From contig CAZBVQ010000001.1 in the NCBI GenBank assembly GCA_964495685.1, positions 39,477 through 103,476 on the forward strand: DNA of 64,000 bases, given 5' to 3'. The notes below the pieces were generated by a model. That model saw only the letters and a program-made list of their open reading frames with translations, did no database searches and had not been told where the DNA came from. Position 1 is the first letter of the stretch; each line of letters starts with the position of its first letter. Positions 47,612-57,540 of this stretch are shown piece by piece. Both the position numbers and the translations under genes were made by a program. This stretch comes from an uncultured Candidatus Saccharibacteria bacterium (lineage in GTDB: Bacteria; Patescibacteriota; Minisyncoccia; Phycocordibacterales; PALSA-1337).

Positions 47612-48709
47612 ATGAACAAAAAATTAATTTGGATCATTGTCGGGGTCATAGTGTTAGTTGCAGTAGTCTTGGGCGTCACATTATCTGGTGGCTCCAAGCA
47701 ACCGGCAGAGAGGCAGACTGTTAAGATCGGCCTTGCATTGCCTCTAACAGGAGGTGCTGCGTTCCTTGGGGAATCGGCTAGAAACGCTGCGCAAATGGCG
47801 CTAGCTGACGCTGGTCAGACTAAGTACGATTATTCATTGGACATCGAAGACGATGCTTTCAATCCAGCAAAGACTGCGACTGTTGTAAGCAAATTCGTGA
47901 ACATAGATAAAGTGTCCGCAATTGTCACGTTTGGATCAGCGACAAGTAATGCCGCCGCTCCTATAAACGAAAATGCCGAAGTACCTAGATTTGGACTTGC
48001 TTCAGATCCCACGTCCGCTGTTGGTGATTACAACTTTATTCACTGGACGCCTCCTTTCAAAGAGGGACAGTTATCAGTTGAAGAGATGGTAAAGAGAGGA
48101 TACAAAACGATTTCTATCGTTGATACCAATCACTCTGGGACGCTCGCAGTCACAAAACCGGTTAGGGAAGCATTGGCAAATACAAATATAAAGATATTAT
48201 CGGATGATCTTACCAATGTTGGTGATAAGGATTTCAGAACGATAGTCACGAAAATCAAAGCCTTAAAGCCCGATATCGTTCTCGTGGAAATGTTTTCGCC
48301 TGAGATCGAGATCTTCGCAAAACAAATGAAAGAGCTTGGTGTGAAAACGCCGATGACTAGCGTCGAGACATTCGAATGGAGTAACGATCCGTCGTTATTC
48401 GAAGGAATGTGGTTTATTTCCGACGTTAGGGTTGATCAGAGTTTCTCTGACAAATATAAGGCAAGATTTGGTGATACTCCGAAGCCTGGAGCAACTTATG
48501 TCTACGATCTTGTATCTCTATTCATTCGAACTCAGGAACAATCAAATAGTAAACTGACTCCCACAGAGATGAGGGATGCGATCATAAAGACCGGGTATGA
48601 TGATTCACCAATCTTCGGAAAAATCGCGATTGATAAAGATGGATTCTTCATTACTGAGGCCTCTGTAAAGATGATAAAGGACGGCAAGGCGGTGCTGATT
48701 CCAAACTAA
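47612..48709 (+). CDS. ABC transporter substrate-binding protein, LivJ/Peripla_BP_6 family, paralog 2
   Basis: TM anchor plus VKIGLALPLTGGAAFLGE. 365 aa. Confidence 0.8.
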   Translation: MNKKLIWIIVGVIVLVAVVLGVTLSGGSKQPAERQTVKIGLALPLTGGAAFLGESARNAAQMALADAGQTKYDYSLDIEDDAFNPAKTATVVSKFVNIDKVSAIVTFGSATSNAAAPINENAEVPRFGLASDPTSAVGDYNFIHWTPPFKEGQLSVEEMVKRGYKTISIVDTNHSGTLAVTKPVREALANTNIKILSDDLTNVGDKDFRTIVTKIKALKPDIVLVEMFSPEIEIFAKQMKELGVKTPMTSVETFEWSNDPSLFEGMWFISDVRVDQSFSDKYKARFGDTPKPGATYVYDLVSLFIRTQEQSNSKLTPTEMRDAIIKTGYDDSPIFGKIAIDKDGFFITEASVKMIKDGKAVLIPN

Positions 48710-48726
48710 ATCGTTACTTACTTCAA

Positions 48727-48758
48727 ACAAAAATCGCTCTACAGAGAGCGATTTTTGT
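48727..48758 (+). terminator. intrinsic terminator (AAAAATCGCTCT-ACAG-AGAGCGATTTTTGTTG)
   Basis: Perfect stem with a flanking T-run after SBP paralog 2. Confidence 0.55.
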
Positions 48759-48773
48759 TGTAAACTGATACTC

Positions 48774-49640
48774 GTGGATATACTTCCTCAACTCATTCTG
48801 AATAGCATTATTGCCGGAGCGATCTACGCCATGATCGCTCTTGGTTTTAATCTCATTTATGGCACAGCGAAATTCTTTGACCTTGGCTACGGTGCTCTCA
48901 CAGCTGTTGGGGGATACTCAGTGTTCTACTTCTACAAGACGCTCGGCTTGAATATTTACGTATCGATCATTCTCGGCATGCTCATTGCTGGCATTGTCGG
49001 CTTTCTAGTCTATCGTCTGGTGTACTCGCCGCTTCGAGCCAAGAAATCTTCTGGCATGGTCCTCTTGGTCGCAGCTCTCGGAGTTCTAACTGCCATTCAA
49101 GCTATCATCGCTATTCTTTTCACGAGCCAATTTCAGACCCTTTCACAAAGCGCAGGTTCGGAGAGCGTATTCAATGTATTCGGGGGAGTGATTACGCAAA
49201 CTCAACTGATTACTCTGATTCTCGGTCTCCTCATTATGGTGGGCATAGGTCTTGTTTTCCGTTTCACATTATTCGGTAAGGCCATCAAAGCAATCGGCGA
49301 TGACGAAGAGGTTTCACAGATCGTTGGTATCAATACAAACAAGATAATTGGCTGGGTTTTCTTCATTGGTTCAGCCATTGGAGGACTGGCCGGCATTCTG
49401 ATTGGCTTTGATACGGGCATCGAGCCGACGATGGGGCTATCACTGCTTCTCAAAGGAGTCATCGCTTCGATCATCGGTGGGATCGGTAATGTTTATGGAG
49501 GAGTAATAGGGGCGTTCTTACTCGCATTCATCGAAAACTTCGGGATCTGGCAGATTTCAGGGGAATGGAAGGATGCTATCGCCTTCGCTGTGCTGATTTT
49601 ATTCTTGTTGTTCAGACCACAAGGTATTTTAAGAAGATAA
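48774..49640 (+). CDS. livH: branched-chain amino acid ABC transporter permease, LivH type
   Basis: 288 aa, 8-9 TM helices, BPD_transp_2 family pattern. Confidence 0.8.
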   Translation: MDILPQLILNSIIAGAIYAMIALGFNLIYGTAKFFDLGYGALTAVGGYSVFYFYKTLGLNIYVSIILGMLIAGIVGFLVYRLVYSPLRAKKSSGMVLLVAALGVLTAIQAIIAILFTSQFQTLSQSAGSESVFNVFGGVITQTQLITLILGLLIMVGIGLVFRFTLFGKAIKAIGDDEEVSQIVGINTNKIIGWVFFIGSAIGGLAGILIGFDTGIEPTMGLSLLLKGVIASIIGGIGNVYGGVIGAFLLAFIENFGIWQISGEWKDAIAFAVLILFLLFRPQGILRR

Positions 49641-49641
49641 T

Positions 49642-50508
49642 ATGGAATATTTAATTCACTTAGCAATTCTAATTTCAATCTATGCCATCCTAGGTCTCTC
49701 TTTGAACTTGGTTGTGGGTTTCACTGGATTACTTTCAGTAACACAAGCTGCGTTTTACGGCATTGGCGCATATGTCACAGCGATATTGCTAACAAGCTTG
49801 GGAATGAATTTCTTCCTAGCTTTAATAATTGGAATGGCAATAACTGGTGTTTGCAGTCTTTTGATCGGCTTTGTTCTTTCTAAATTTAAAGATGACTACT
49901 ACGCACTTGGCTCATTCGGCTTTAACGTAATTATTTATAGTATTTTCCTAAATTGGCAATCACTTACACGTGGTCCGCTCGGTATTCCCGGCATTTCAAG
50001 ACCTTCACTATTTGGATTCACTTTCTCTGATAACTTATCTTTTCTAATTTTATCAGTAGTCTTCTTGCTGTTGGTTTTCGGAGTCTGCCATTTCATTGCC
50101 AAGTCTTCATTCGGCCGAGTTTTGAAAGCGATTAGAGAGGATGAAGAAGCGATTTCTGTATTTGGATACCACACACTATGGTACAAGCTTGCGATTTTTG
50201 TGATTGGGGCGATGTTGGCCTCGATTGCAGGATCACTATTTGCTTCATATATAACTTTCATTGACCCATCCAGCTTCAGTCTCACGGAATCAATCTTTAT
50301 TTTGGCCATAATAATTCTCGGTGGTCTTGCTAGTAACAAGGGTTCAGTCTGGGGAGCAGTGTTTCTAATCCTCCTGCCGGAAATTTTACGCTTCGTTGGT
50401 TTTCCAGATGATATTGCAGCGCAAATGAGGCAGGTGGTTTATGGAGTGATACTAATTCTACTTATGCTTTACCGCCCTCAAGGCCTCGTCGGGGAGTACA
50501 GATTGTAA
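49642..50508 (+). CDS. livM: branched-chain amino acid ABC transporter permease, LivM type
   Basis: 288 aa polytopic; immediately follows livH. Confidence 0.8.
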   Translation: MEYLIHLAILISIYAILGLSLNLVVGFTGLLSVTQAAFYGIGAYVTAILLTSLGMNFFLALIIGMAITGVCSLLIGFVLSKFKDDYYALGSFGFNVIIYSIFLNWQSLTRGPLGIPGISRPSLFGFTFSDNLSFLILSVVFLLLVFGVCHFIAKSSFGRVLKAIREDEEAISVFGYHTLWYKLAIFVIGAMLASIAGSLFASYITFIDPSSFSLTESIFILAIIILGGLASNKGSVWGAVFLILLPEILRFVGFPDDIAAQMRQVVYGVILILLMLYRPQGLVGEYRL

Positions 50509-50518
50509 AGTCTGCGGA

Positions 50519-51607
50519 TTAGATTTTGAAGTCTCCGTTTTCATACGTAGCCATCTTCCACTCAGGAACACGGAGACCCATTCCAAGCTCGTCAAAAGCT
50601 ATTGGTCCAGTTGCGCCATCTCCCTTGAACTTCTCGATATTATTTAACCAACGACTCTTGTCTGGGTTATATGTTTCAGCCATGACCAAATATGCATCGT
50701 AACCATAACCTGCAAGCTCGCTTGGGTCAGAATTGAAGCGCTTTTTATATTTGTTTGTAAAATCAGCTGATACTTCAGAGGCTGAATACATGGCAGTACT
50801 GCCGTTCAGTATGCGGTTCATAGAAGAGCCAAGGGTGGTTTGGTAATCTGTGAAGGAAAACTGAAGGTTTAAGTCGAAGTACAAATGAGGCGCATGGTAT
50901 CCGAGCTGGTCCATTCGCGTGAGAATCTGTCCTCCAACTTTTCCATCTACAAACATAACAAGTCCCTGCGAGTTTAGCTCTTTGATTTTCAGGGCTACCG
51001 GATTGAAATCTCGCTCTGTCATCGGCACGCGCACGATGGATACCGTCCCGTTAAATTTCTTTTCAAAATCTGAAAGGAACTTCTCGTAGGCTTTTATCTG
51101 TTGCATCACGACCGTCACAGTCTTAACGCCCTGCGTATTAGCAGAATCACCAAGCATGCCTACTGCGGTCTGATCGGGGAAGATCTGCACAATATTGTCC
51201 TTATCTATTTCACTTTCAGCCCCGAGTTGTAGAACTGGAATATCTTTTTTCTGAACATCCGACTTGATAACGTCGATTGTTGGAGACGAAAGATTTATCA
51301 AAGCGTCAATTTTATCGATAGACACTTCCTTTTGATATGCCGATAATCCTTTCTTAGAATCATAACCGTCATCTTCCGCTATCAGATCCATTTTTGGAGC
51401 AGAAGGATTTTTTGATTCGAATTCTTCTTTTGCAAGGATGGCACCATTCAAGAACCCCTGACCAAGGTTATCATTTCCGACTGTTAATCCAGTTAACGGT
51501 GAAATCAAACCAATACGTACGTTCTGGTGTGAAATCCTATTTTCATAAACGATAAAGATAATAACAAGCGCAATGATTGCTAAAACAGCGTACAATATTT
51601 TTTGCAT
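50519..51607 (-). CDS. ABC transporter substrate-binding protein, LivJ/Peripla_BP_6 family, paralog 3
   Basis: When started at the ATG at 51607: TM anchor MQKILYAVLAIIALVIIFIVY, then VRIGLISPLTGL. The longer upstream reading frame is probably not translated. Confidence 0.7.
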   Translation of the reverse strand: MQKILYAVLAIIALVIIFIVYENRISHQNVRIGLISPLTGLTVGNDNLGQGFLNGAILAKEEFESKNPSAPKMDLIAEDDGYDSKKGLSAYQKEVSIDKIDALINLSSPTIDVIKSDVQKKDIPVLQLGAESEIDKDNIVQIFPDQTAVGMLGDSANTQGVKTVTVVMQQIKAYEKFLSDFEKKFNGTVSIVRVPMTERDFNPVALKIKELNSQGLVMFVDGKVGGQILTRMDQLGYHAPHLYFDLNLQFSFTDYQTTLGSSMNRILNGSTAMYSASEVSADFTNKYKKRFNSDPSELAGYGYDAYLVMAETYNPDKSRWLNNIEKFKGDGATGPIAFDELGMGLRVPEWKMATYENGDFKI

Positions 51608-51757
51608 AATATGATCATAATACTGCGCGGTCACAAATGTGTCAAATAAATGAACAATCCTTGCAATAATATAACCCGACGCTAAGCCAGATTTAAGGTA
51701 ATTTGTACAATTTGTCAGAATTATTGACAAAAGCCCTATCTCTGATATGTTTGTGAC

Positions 51758-52498
51758 ATGGATCAAATCAGTAGCTCTCTGAATAATATTGGGCTTTCGG
51801 ACAAGGAGTCCAAGATATATGTCACACTTCTCAAGCTGGGGGAAGCTACTGTGGCAGAAATTTCCACGGAAGCTGGTATAAAGAGGCCAACAGCTTACAT
51901 AATTCTTGATGAATTGAGGAAAAAGGGGATAGCGCTGAAAATACCTCATCCTAAAAAGATTGTATATCAGGCAAAACCGCCTAACGAGCTTTTTGAACGC
52001 GCTAAGGAAAACTTAAACGAATTTCAGCGATTATTGCCGAAAATTAATGCCATTTCTGTCCAAAAAAAATCTATTAAGACCCTATATTTTGAAGGCTTTC
52101 AGGGTGTAAAAGATGCATTATTTTACAGAATGAACGAATTGAAAGGTGAAACTGTCTCGGGTTTTTGGGCAAAAAACAGTGGCATTGAGAAGGATGTATT
52201 TGGTCTTCTTGATAAATGGGGAAAGCAATATTTGAAAAATAATATAACTATCGCGGGTATAACTCCTGATCACGAATCAATTCGTGATCTACGATTAAAG
52301 TATCCGGAGGAATATAAGAAAATTGTGCCCGTCTCAGAAGCAGAATATTCCTCAGATATTTCCATTGATGTGGTTAAGGATTTTGTGAGGATAATTGATC
52401 CACATAGTTTGAAAGCTATAATCATAGAAAACGATCGTGTTGCGCGTGCATTAAAACAGATATTTACAATTGTTGAGAAGAAATACGGTATCTCATGA
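51758..52498 (+). CDS. TrmB-family transcriptional regulator, paralog 2
   Basis: wHTH: IGLSDKESKIYVTLLKLGEATVAEISTEAGIKRPTAYIILDELRKKGIA. Confidence 0.7.
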   Translation: MDQISSSLNNIGLSDKESKIYVTLLKLGEATVAEISTEAGIKRPTAYIILDELRKKGIALKIPHPKKIVYQAKPPNELFERAKENLNEFQRLLPKINAISVQKKSIKTLYFEGFQGVKDALFYRMNELKGETVSGFWAKNSGIEKDVFGLLDKWGKQYLKNNITIAGITPDHESIRDLRLKYPEEYKKIVPVSEAEYSSDISIDVVKDFVRIIDPHSLKAIIIENDRVARALKQIFTIVEKKYGIS

Positions 52499-52562
52499 GT
52501 ATTTTCAGTACCATTTACTTATAGTTTACTTTGATGCTAGGCTATTTTCGGCTGAAAGGATT

Positions 52563-52796
52563 ATGAATATGAGTGAAACTGATTATAAAGCTCTATATGA
52601 GCAGGAGAAACATCTCCGAGAGGAGGCTGAACGTAAGTTCAACGAATTAAAGGAGCGCGTTAGGCCTTTAATCGAGTCGATCGATAAGATGTCAGAACCG
52701 GCTCGCCGGATCGAGGAAGTGATGCAAGAATTCGCTAAGCTTCAAAAAGCCGAATCCCAGTATCATTCCGGTCCGGAGGATCCGGCCGGTGACTAG
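52563..52796 (+). CDS. small hypothetical coiled-coil protein
   Basis: 77-aa charged helical ORF from the internal ATG. Ends at the shared terminator element. Confidence 0.25.
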   Translation: MNMSETDYKALYEQEKHLREEAERKFNELKERVRPLIESIDKMSEPARRIEEVMQEFAKLQKAESQYHSGPEDPAGD

Positions 52797-52815
52797 GCTC
52801 TGATAAGTAGAATTC

Positions 52816-52850
52816 AAAAGGCTCGGTTCAATCCCGGGCCTTTGTCATTT
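52816..52850. terminator. 35-nt bidirectional terminator element, copy 1 (AAAAGGCTCGGTTCAATCCCGGGCCTTTGTCATTT)
   Basis: 10-bp GC-rich stem with an A-run and a T-run. Overlaps the 3' end of TrmB paralog 3. Identical copy at 55299-55333. Confidence 0.6.
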
Positions 52851-53619
52851 TTGAAATACTAGATAACTGGTGTGCCAAGTCTTTGTTCTTCCACATAAAG
52901 TTAAATATTTCTCGAATGGTCTTTGCCAGATCGGCGTTCTCGATAATCACCATCTGATTGTTTCGGTTAAGAACAAGACGGACAATATTTGAGAAAGTGT
53001 CGATTGAAACAGCTGACGAATATATCGAATATGGAAGAATGTGAGTTATTCGCTTCTGAGACGTATCCGTTTTTCTGAAACTCACAAGAGATGGATGGTC
53101 GGGCACAAAAGCTCTAAGTGTTATGTTGTTATTTGCGGTAAATTCATTATATTCCTCACAAATTTGAAGCAGTTTCGCTGACATATCTTTCGCTTCTGCA
53201 TAAAAACCGACTATTTCCTTTCCAAATGCTTCCTCGATTCGATAATGCAAGGCCTCTTTGAATGCTTTTAAGCCTTCGAAATGCATCACATTCATTTTCT
53301 CAGGCGTTTTTATACTCCCGATGGATTTGAGTGACGGCAGAAGCTTCTTCGCTTCATCCATGCGATGCTCGGCATCCTGAAAAAGTATCTCTGGGGCAAC
53401 TGGTTTGTATATCCGTTTTGAAGCACGAGGAATTCTGTGCGCTGCACCTTTCTCGATGAGCTCGTCCAAGATCACATATGTCGTCGGTTTCTTCAGTCCA
53501 GATTGCTCAGATATGGCATAAGCTGAACCCTTTCCTAGTTTTAGGAGCGCTAAATACACTTGTGCCTGCTTGTCAGTGAATCCTATGTTGGTTAGCCCAG
53601 AAACTAATGTTGTATCCAT
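52828..53619 (-). CDS. TrmB-family transcriptional regulator, paralog 3
   Basis: wHTH: IGFTDKQAQVYLALLKLGKGSAYAISEQSGLKKPTTYVILDELIEKGA. Confidence 0.7.
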   Translation of the reverse strand: MDTTLVSGLTNIGFTDKQAQVYLALLKLGKGSAYAISEQSGLKKPTTYVILDELIEKGAAHRIPRASKRIYKPVAPEILFQDAEHRMDEAKKLLPSLKSIGSIKTPEKMNVMHFEGLKAFKEALHYRIEEAFGKEIVGFYAEAKDMSAKLLQICEEYNEFTANNNITLRAFVPDHPSLVSFRKTDTSQKRITHILPYSIYSSAVSIDTFSNIVRLVLNRNNQMVIIENADLAKTIREIFNFMWKNKDLAHQLSSISKMTKARD

Positions 53620-53820
53620 GCTTGCATACTACGCGGCAGTCCAAATATAGTCAATAATTTTGATGACATTAAATGGACAAAATCATTTGTACATTGAAAA
53701 ACATAGGTATATTAACGAATTTTAATGTTCAAAATTTATAATACAGATTTGCCGTTCGTAAAAAATCAAGTTATGCTTATTACCATTACTTTTTATAGAG
53801 TCCCAAAAGGGATCATTATT

Positions 53821-54909
53821 ATGAATAAAAAATATACATGGGCAATAATCATCGTGGTCATTATTGCAATAATCGGTGTCTACTTGCTTGGCACCAAGAA
53901 TCACACACAGACTAAAGGTTTCAATGTGGGGCTTATTAGCATTCTTTCGGGCGAATATGCCGCTGTCGGCGAAAACTTTAGAAATGGCGCGGTACTCGCG
54001 GAAGAACAATACAACGCCGCCCATCCGGACGCGCCTATCAAAATGACTATTGAAGATGATGGTTTTTCTGGTGGAAAAGCAGTGAGCGCGTACCAGAAAT
54101 TAGTTAACGTCGATAAGATCGATGCTCTCATTAATGTTTCAACCGCTTCAATCGATGCTATATATGATTCTGTGACGAAACTCGGGATTCCTGTCGCTCA
54201 AGGCGGTGAACAAGGCCGTGTGCCCACTGATGATAATGTCTTTGGAATATATCCTGACAGTATCGCTTCAGAAAGAGACTACGGAGTCTATATGCGTAAC
54301 AAAGGAATAACTCAAATGACTTTGGTCTATACGAAAATAGATGCCATGATCCGTTTTGTGGATGCATTTAAGGAAGGATTTCAGGGCAAGACGACTGATA
54401 TCGTCATAGATTCTGCCGAAACTGATTTTCGAACCCATGCTCTTAAGGCCACATCAGGCAATCCGAACGCTATTGGCATATTTATGTTTCCACAACAAGG
54501 TGCTCAGTTCATGAAAGAGTATCTTAGGCTCGCTAAAAACAAGCCGACGATCTTCTTCGATACGAATTTTGTCTCCGGTTATACAGACTATCAGCGAATC
54601 ATGGGAGATCTTACGGTTCTTGATGGCAGTATTGTTGGCGGAATGAAGCTTGAAGATACACAGGCTTTCAAGGATGCTTACAAGGCACGGTATGGCACGG
54701 ATGCCCCATTCTTGTCAGATATTGGTTACGATTCGTTCAATCTTCTCGTGAAGACATATTCACCAGATAAGGCGACGTGGGTTGCTAACATGAAGAATGC
54801 TGATTTTCAGGGGGTTAGTGGTGAAATAAAGTTTGGCCCTACGGGAAATCGATTGCCCGAAACTAAGATGATGATCATTCAGGGAGGGAGGATGGTGGAT
54901 TTGAAGTAA
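53821..54909 (+). CDS. ABC transporter substrate-binding protein, LivJ/Peripla_BP_6 family, paralog 4
   Basis: From the ATG at 53821: TM anchor MNKKYTWAIIIVVIIAIIGVYLL, then FNVGLISILSGEYAAVGE. Confidence 0.75.
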   Translation: MNKKYTWAIIIVVIIAIIGVYLLGTKNHTQTKGFNVGLISILSGEYAAVGENFRNGAVLAEEQYNAAHPDAPIKMTIEDDGFSGGKAVSAYQKLVNVDKIDALINVSTASIDAIYDSVTKLGIPVAQGGEQGRVPTDDNVFGIYPDSIASERDYGVYMRNKGITQMTLVYTKIDAMIRFVDAFKEGFQGKTTDIVIDSAETDFRTHALKATSGNPNAIGIFMFPQQGAQFMKEYLRLAKNKPTIFFDTNFVSGYTDYQRIMGDLTVLDGSIVGGMKLEDTQAFKDAYKARYGTDAPFLSDIGYDSFNLLVKTYSPDKATWVANMKNADFQGVSGEIKFGPTGNRLPETKMMIIQGGRMVDLK

Positions 54910-54972
54910 TCAAATTACGACACAACTACTTGACTTTAGCAAGTAGAGCTGCTATACTACTGGCAGCTCTTT

Positions 54973-55296
54973 ATGAATACAACCATGCTCCTTTGGCTCA
55001 TTGTAGCCGTTCTTATCATGTGGGGTGGCCGCTGGGTCTGGATCGCTTTCAGACTTTGGTGGATTACGTCCAAAGGCGGAGAAATGCAGTATAGGTTCAA
55101 GCTGACGCGGATTCACTATGTGATCGCGTTTCAGTCTTGGCTCTATATCAGGCGTCTCCGATTTGGTTCCTTCTGCCACAAGATTCGACTGTGGTGGTGG
55201 GAGTACTGGATCACTCGTGGATTCAAGGTGAAATACCCCTCGTACAATCCGCCAGCCAGTCCGCACGCCAAGCACCTCGAGAAGGATATTCGCTAA
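54973..55296 (+). CDS. possible small Trp-rich membrane protein (GC-rich ORF)
   Basis: One clear TM helix. Conflicts with the antisense ORF 54952..55314; local GC content is higher than the flanks. Confidence 0.2.
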   Translation: MNTTMLLWLIVAVLIMWGGRWVWIAFRLWWITSKGGEMQYRFKLTRIHYVIAFQSWLYIRRLRFGSFCHKIRLWWWEYWITRGFKVKYPSYNPPASPHAKHLEKDIR

Positions 55297-55298
55297 CA

Positions 55299-55333
55299 AA
55301 AAGGCTCGGTTCAATCCCGGGCCTTTGTCATTT
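55299..55333. terminator. 35-nt bidirectional terminator element, copy 2
   Basis: Identical to 52816-52850. Overlaps the 3' end of TrmB paralog 4 in a different reading frame. Confidence 0.6.
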
Positions 55334-56164
55334 CTTGAGATTTACTTTTTCAATCAGATTTCTCATCATAAGGTTGTGGTCGATCTTTTTGCTTCCTTGC
55401 TTTACGTATTCAAACATCTCGCGTAAGAGATCAGTCGTTCGTTTGTTTGTAATCTCTATTGCAATCTTCTCGTACCAGTTAATGATCATGCTTGTTTTCT
55501 TGAAGATCCAAATTTCCGCACTCATGTCGAAGCGATTATCAGGAAAAACAGAATAGTCTGACATTCTACCCTCGAGACTTTTGACCTGTTCGAGGTGATT
55601 CTTCGGATCCGTGATTATTTCCTTGTAGTAGGAATCATAGGCTCCTTCGTTCAATATTCCATCAATGATTATCTTGTTTTTGATCACCGCCTGGTTAAAT
55701 TCAATGAGTTGTTTCTTGGTGGTCACGCGGAGCAGTTCATTAAATGATTCGTGGTGTTGGATTGCTTTTACACGATCTCCCCTTACCTCTGTTGCAATGC
55801 GACTGAAAGCGGGGATGATTTCTTTTGGCCCCACATGGATGATGAACTCATCCTCTTTGGATGTTTTTACGCGAACACCTTTTCTTTCAAGATTTTCGAG
55901 TTGTAGGCGGTCGATTATTCTTTGCAGATTCTTTGAGAGTTCCGTTGTGGATATAGCTCTGTATATAAAGCGCTTTCCAACTCGTTCTTGTTGCACAAGT
56001 CCACGTTTAACAAGATTCTTAAGATTATAGGAAACACTTGTCCTTAAAATCTTTGAATCAGCCGCTATATTCTGAAGACTCTTAGGTGATTCAAGCGTAA
56101 AAAGGATCGTTTTTTCAATGGGGCTTAACCCTAAGAGGCTGGCCGAATTAAGGCTCAAATTCAT
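55328..56164 (-). CDS. TrmB-family transcriptional regulator, paralog 4
   Basis: wHTH: LGLSPIEKTILFTLESPKSLQNIAADSKILRTSVSYNLKNLVKRGLV. Confidence 0.65.
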   Translation of the reverse strand: MNLSLNSASLLGLSPIEKTILFTLESPKSLQNIAADSKILRTSVSYNLKNLVKRGLVQQERVGKRFIYRAISTTELSKNLQRIIDRLQLENLERKGVRVKTSKEDEFIIHVGPKEIIPAFSRIATEVRGDRVKAIQHHESFNELLRVTTKKQLIEFNQAVIKNKIIIDGILNEGAYDSYYKEIITDPKNHLEQVKSLEGRMSDYSVFPDNRFDMSAEIWIFKKTSMIINWYEKIAIEITNKRTTDLLREMFEYVKQGSKKIDHNLMMRNLIEKVNLKK

Positions 56165-56316
56165 GCATCAAGTATAAATTGGACAAAAAATTTGTCAATT
56201 AGTTTTGTATTTTACGTTGTGAATCAAAGGCAAATAGGGAACACACTATTTTTCTATGCACTCTGTTGACATATTGATATAATGCATGGGTAATTATTAT
56301 TAATTTTATATTTACC

Positions 56317-57423
56317 ATGAATAAGAAAACAATATGGCTCATAGGAAGCGCAATTGTCATTATCGTCGCGATCGTGCTAGTACGCGGTTTTAGCGGAAAT
56401 GATTCAAGTTCCATTAAATTGGGACTCATGCTGCCTTTAACTGGCGACTACGCTGCAGCTGGCCAAAATATGCAAAAAGGCATGACTGTAGCTCTTGAAC
56501 AGTATGAAAAGGATCATCCGAATGTGCATGTCACCACAGTCGTCGAGGATGATGCATATGATGCTACAAAGGGTGTAACTGCTTATAAAAAGTTAGTCGA
56601 TCTGGACAAAGTCGATGCAATTCTTATGTTATCGACACCGGTCATTGATGCAATCCATGAAGACGTCGTGAAAAGGGGCATTCCGGTCATTCAGCTCGGC
56701 GTTCAAACAGTCGGTGTTGGGGATGATAATATCATCCAGTTCAGTCCGGCGGCTGACGCGCCAATTGGATTTCTAGCGAAGTATTTGGCGAACTCATCAG
56801 GATTTTATTCCAAGAAAGTGGCAGTGATCTACGATAATTCCGCAGCGCAATTGAGCTTCTACAAGATCTTCGAGCAGAATTATACACACGAATTCACGCC
56901 TCTAATTGTGAACGGAAAGGATGTGTTTCGAAGTTATGCCACCAAGATTGCTAACGAAGGCTACGGTGCCGTCGTGGTTATCGAATCGCCACAGAACGGT
57001 GCGCTGTTCACAAAAGAATTACTAACGGTGGACAAGACCTTGCCGACGATTGCCTACGATGCACAGCTTCAAACTGGATTTGCAGACTATGGCCGCATAC
57101 TTGGTGATACTAACAAGATAAACGGAGCAATATCTATGTGGTTCAAGTCAGGAAAGATGGACGAGCTCACCAAATTGTATCAAGCCAAATACGGAGAAAC
57201 TCCCGGCTTTTTGGTAGACTTCTCGTACGACATGATTAATACAGCATTGGCTACCTATGACAAAGACCAGGCAAAGTGGGTAAGTAACCTCAAGAAGTAT
57301 CAAGATCCAAATGGCGCTTCCGGATCAATATCATTTGATAGCAATGGCGTGCGATTACAGCCCATGGTGATCACGCAAGTGCAGAGTGGAAAGCTTGTAC
57401 CAGTAGATGATGTGAAACTGTAA
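56317..57423 (+). CDS. ABC transporter substrate-binding protein, LivJ/Peripla_BP_6 family, paralog 5
   Basis: TM anchor plus IKLGLMLPLTGDYAAAGQ. Confidence 0.8.
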   Translation: MNKKTIWLIGSAIVIIVAIVLVRGFSGNDSSSIKLGLMLPLTGDYAAAGQNMQKGMTVALEQYEKDHPNVHVTTVVEDDAYDATKGVTAYKKLVDLDKVDAILMLSTPVIDAIHEDVVKRGIPVIQLGVQTVGVGDDNIIQFSPAADAPIGFLAKYLANSSGFYSKKVAVIYDNSAAQLSFYKIFEQNYTHEFTPLIVNGKDVFRSYATKIANEGYGAVVVIESPQNGALFTKELLTVDKTLPTIAYDAQLQTGFADYGRILGDTNKINGAISMWFKSGKMDELTKLYQAKYGETPGFLVDFSYDMINTALATYDKDQAKWVSNLKKYQDPNGASGSISFDSNGVRLQPMVITQVQSGKLVPVDDVKL

Positions 57424-57540
57424 TTCGGATTTGATTCTCAAGAAAATACCGTGCCTTGTGGGTACGGTATTTTCATTGTAAGATGAATATCATAATGGTG
57501 TAACACTGGGTTAAATTAACAATTTCTTAAATATAACTTC

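Noticed and set aside
50519-51949. Full 476-aa reading of binding-protein paralog 3
   Set aside because: The upstream 114 codons lack binding-protein features and overlap the divergent promoter. The internal ATG at 51607 yields a standard TM-anchored binding protein like the other paralogs.
54952-55314. 120-aa minus-strand ORF overlapping the small Trp-rich plus-strand ORF
   Set aside because: The two ORFs are mutually exclusive. Neither has homology support. Only the plus-strand one has a convincing TM helix, and even that is low confidence.
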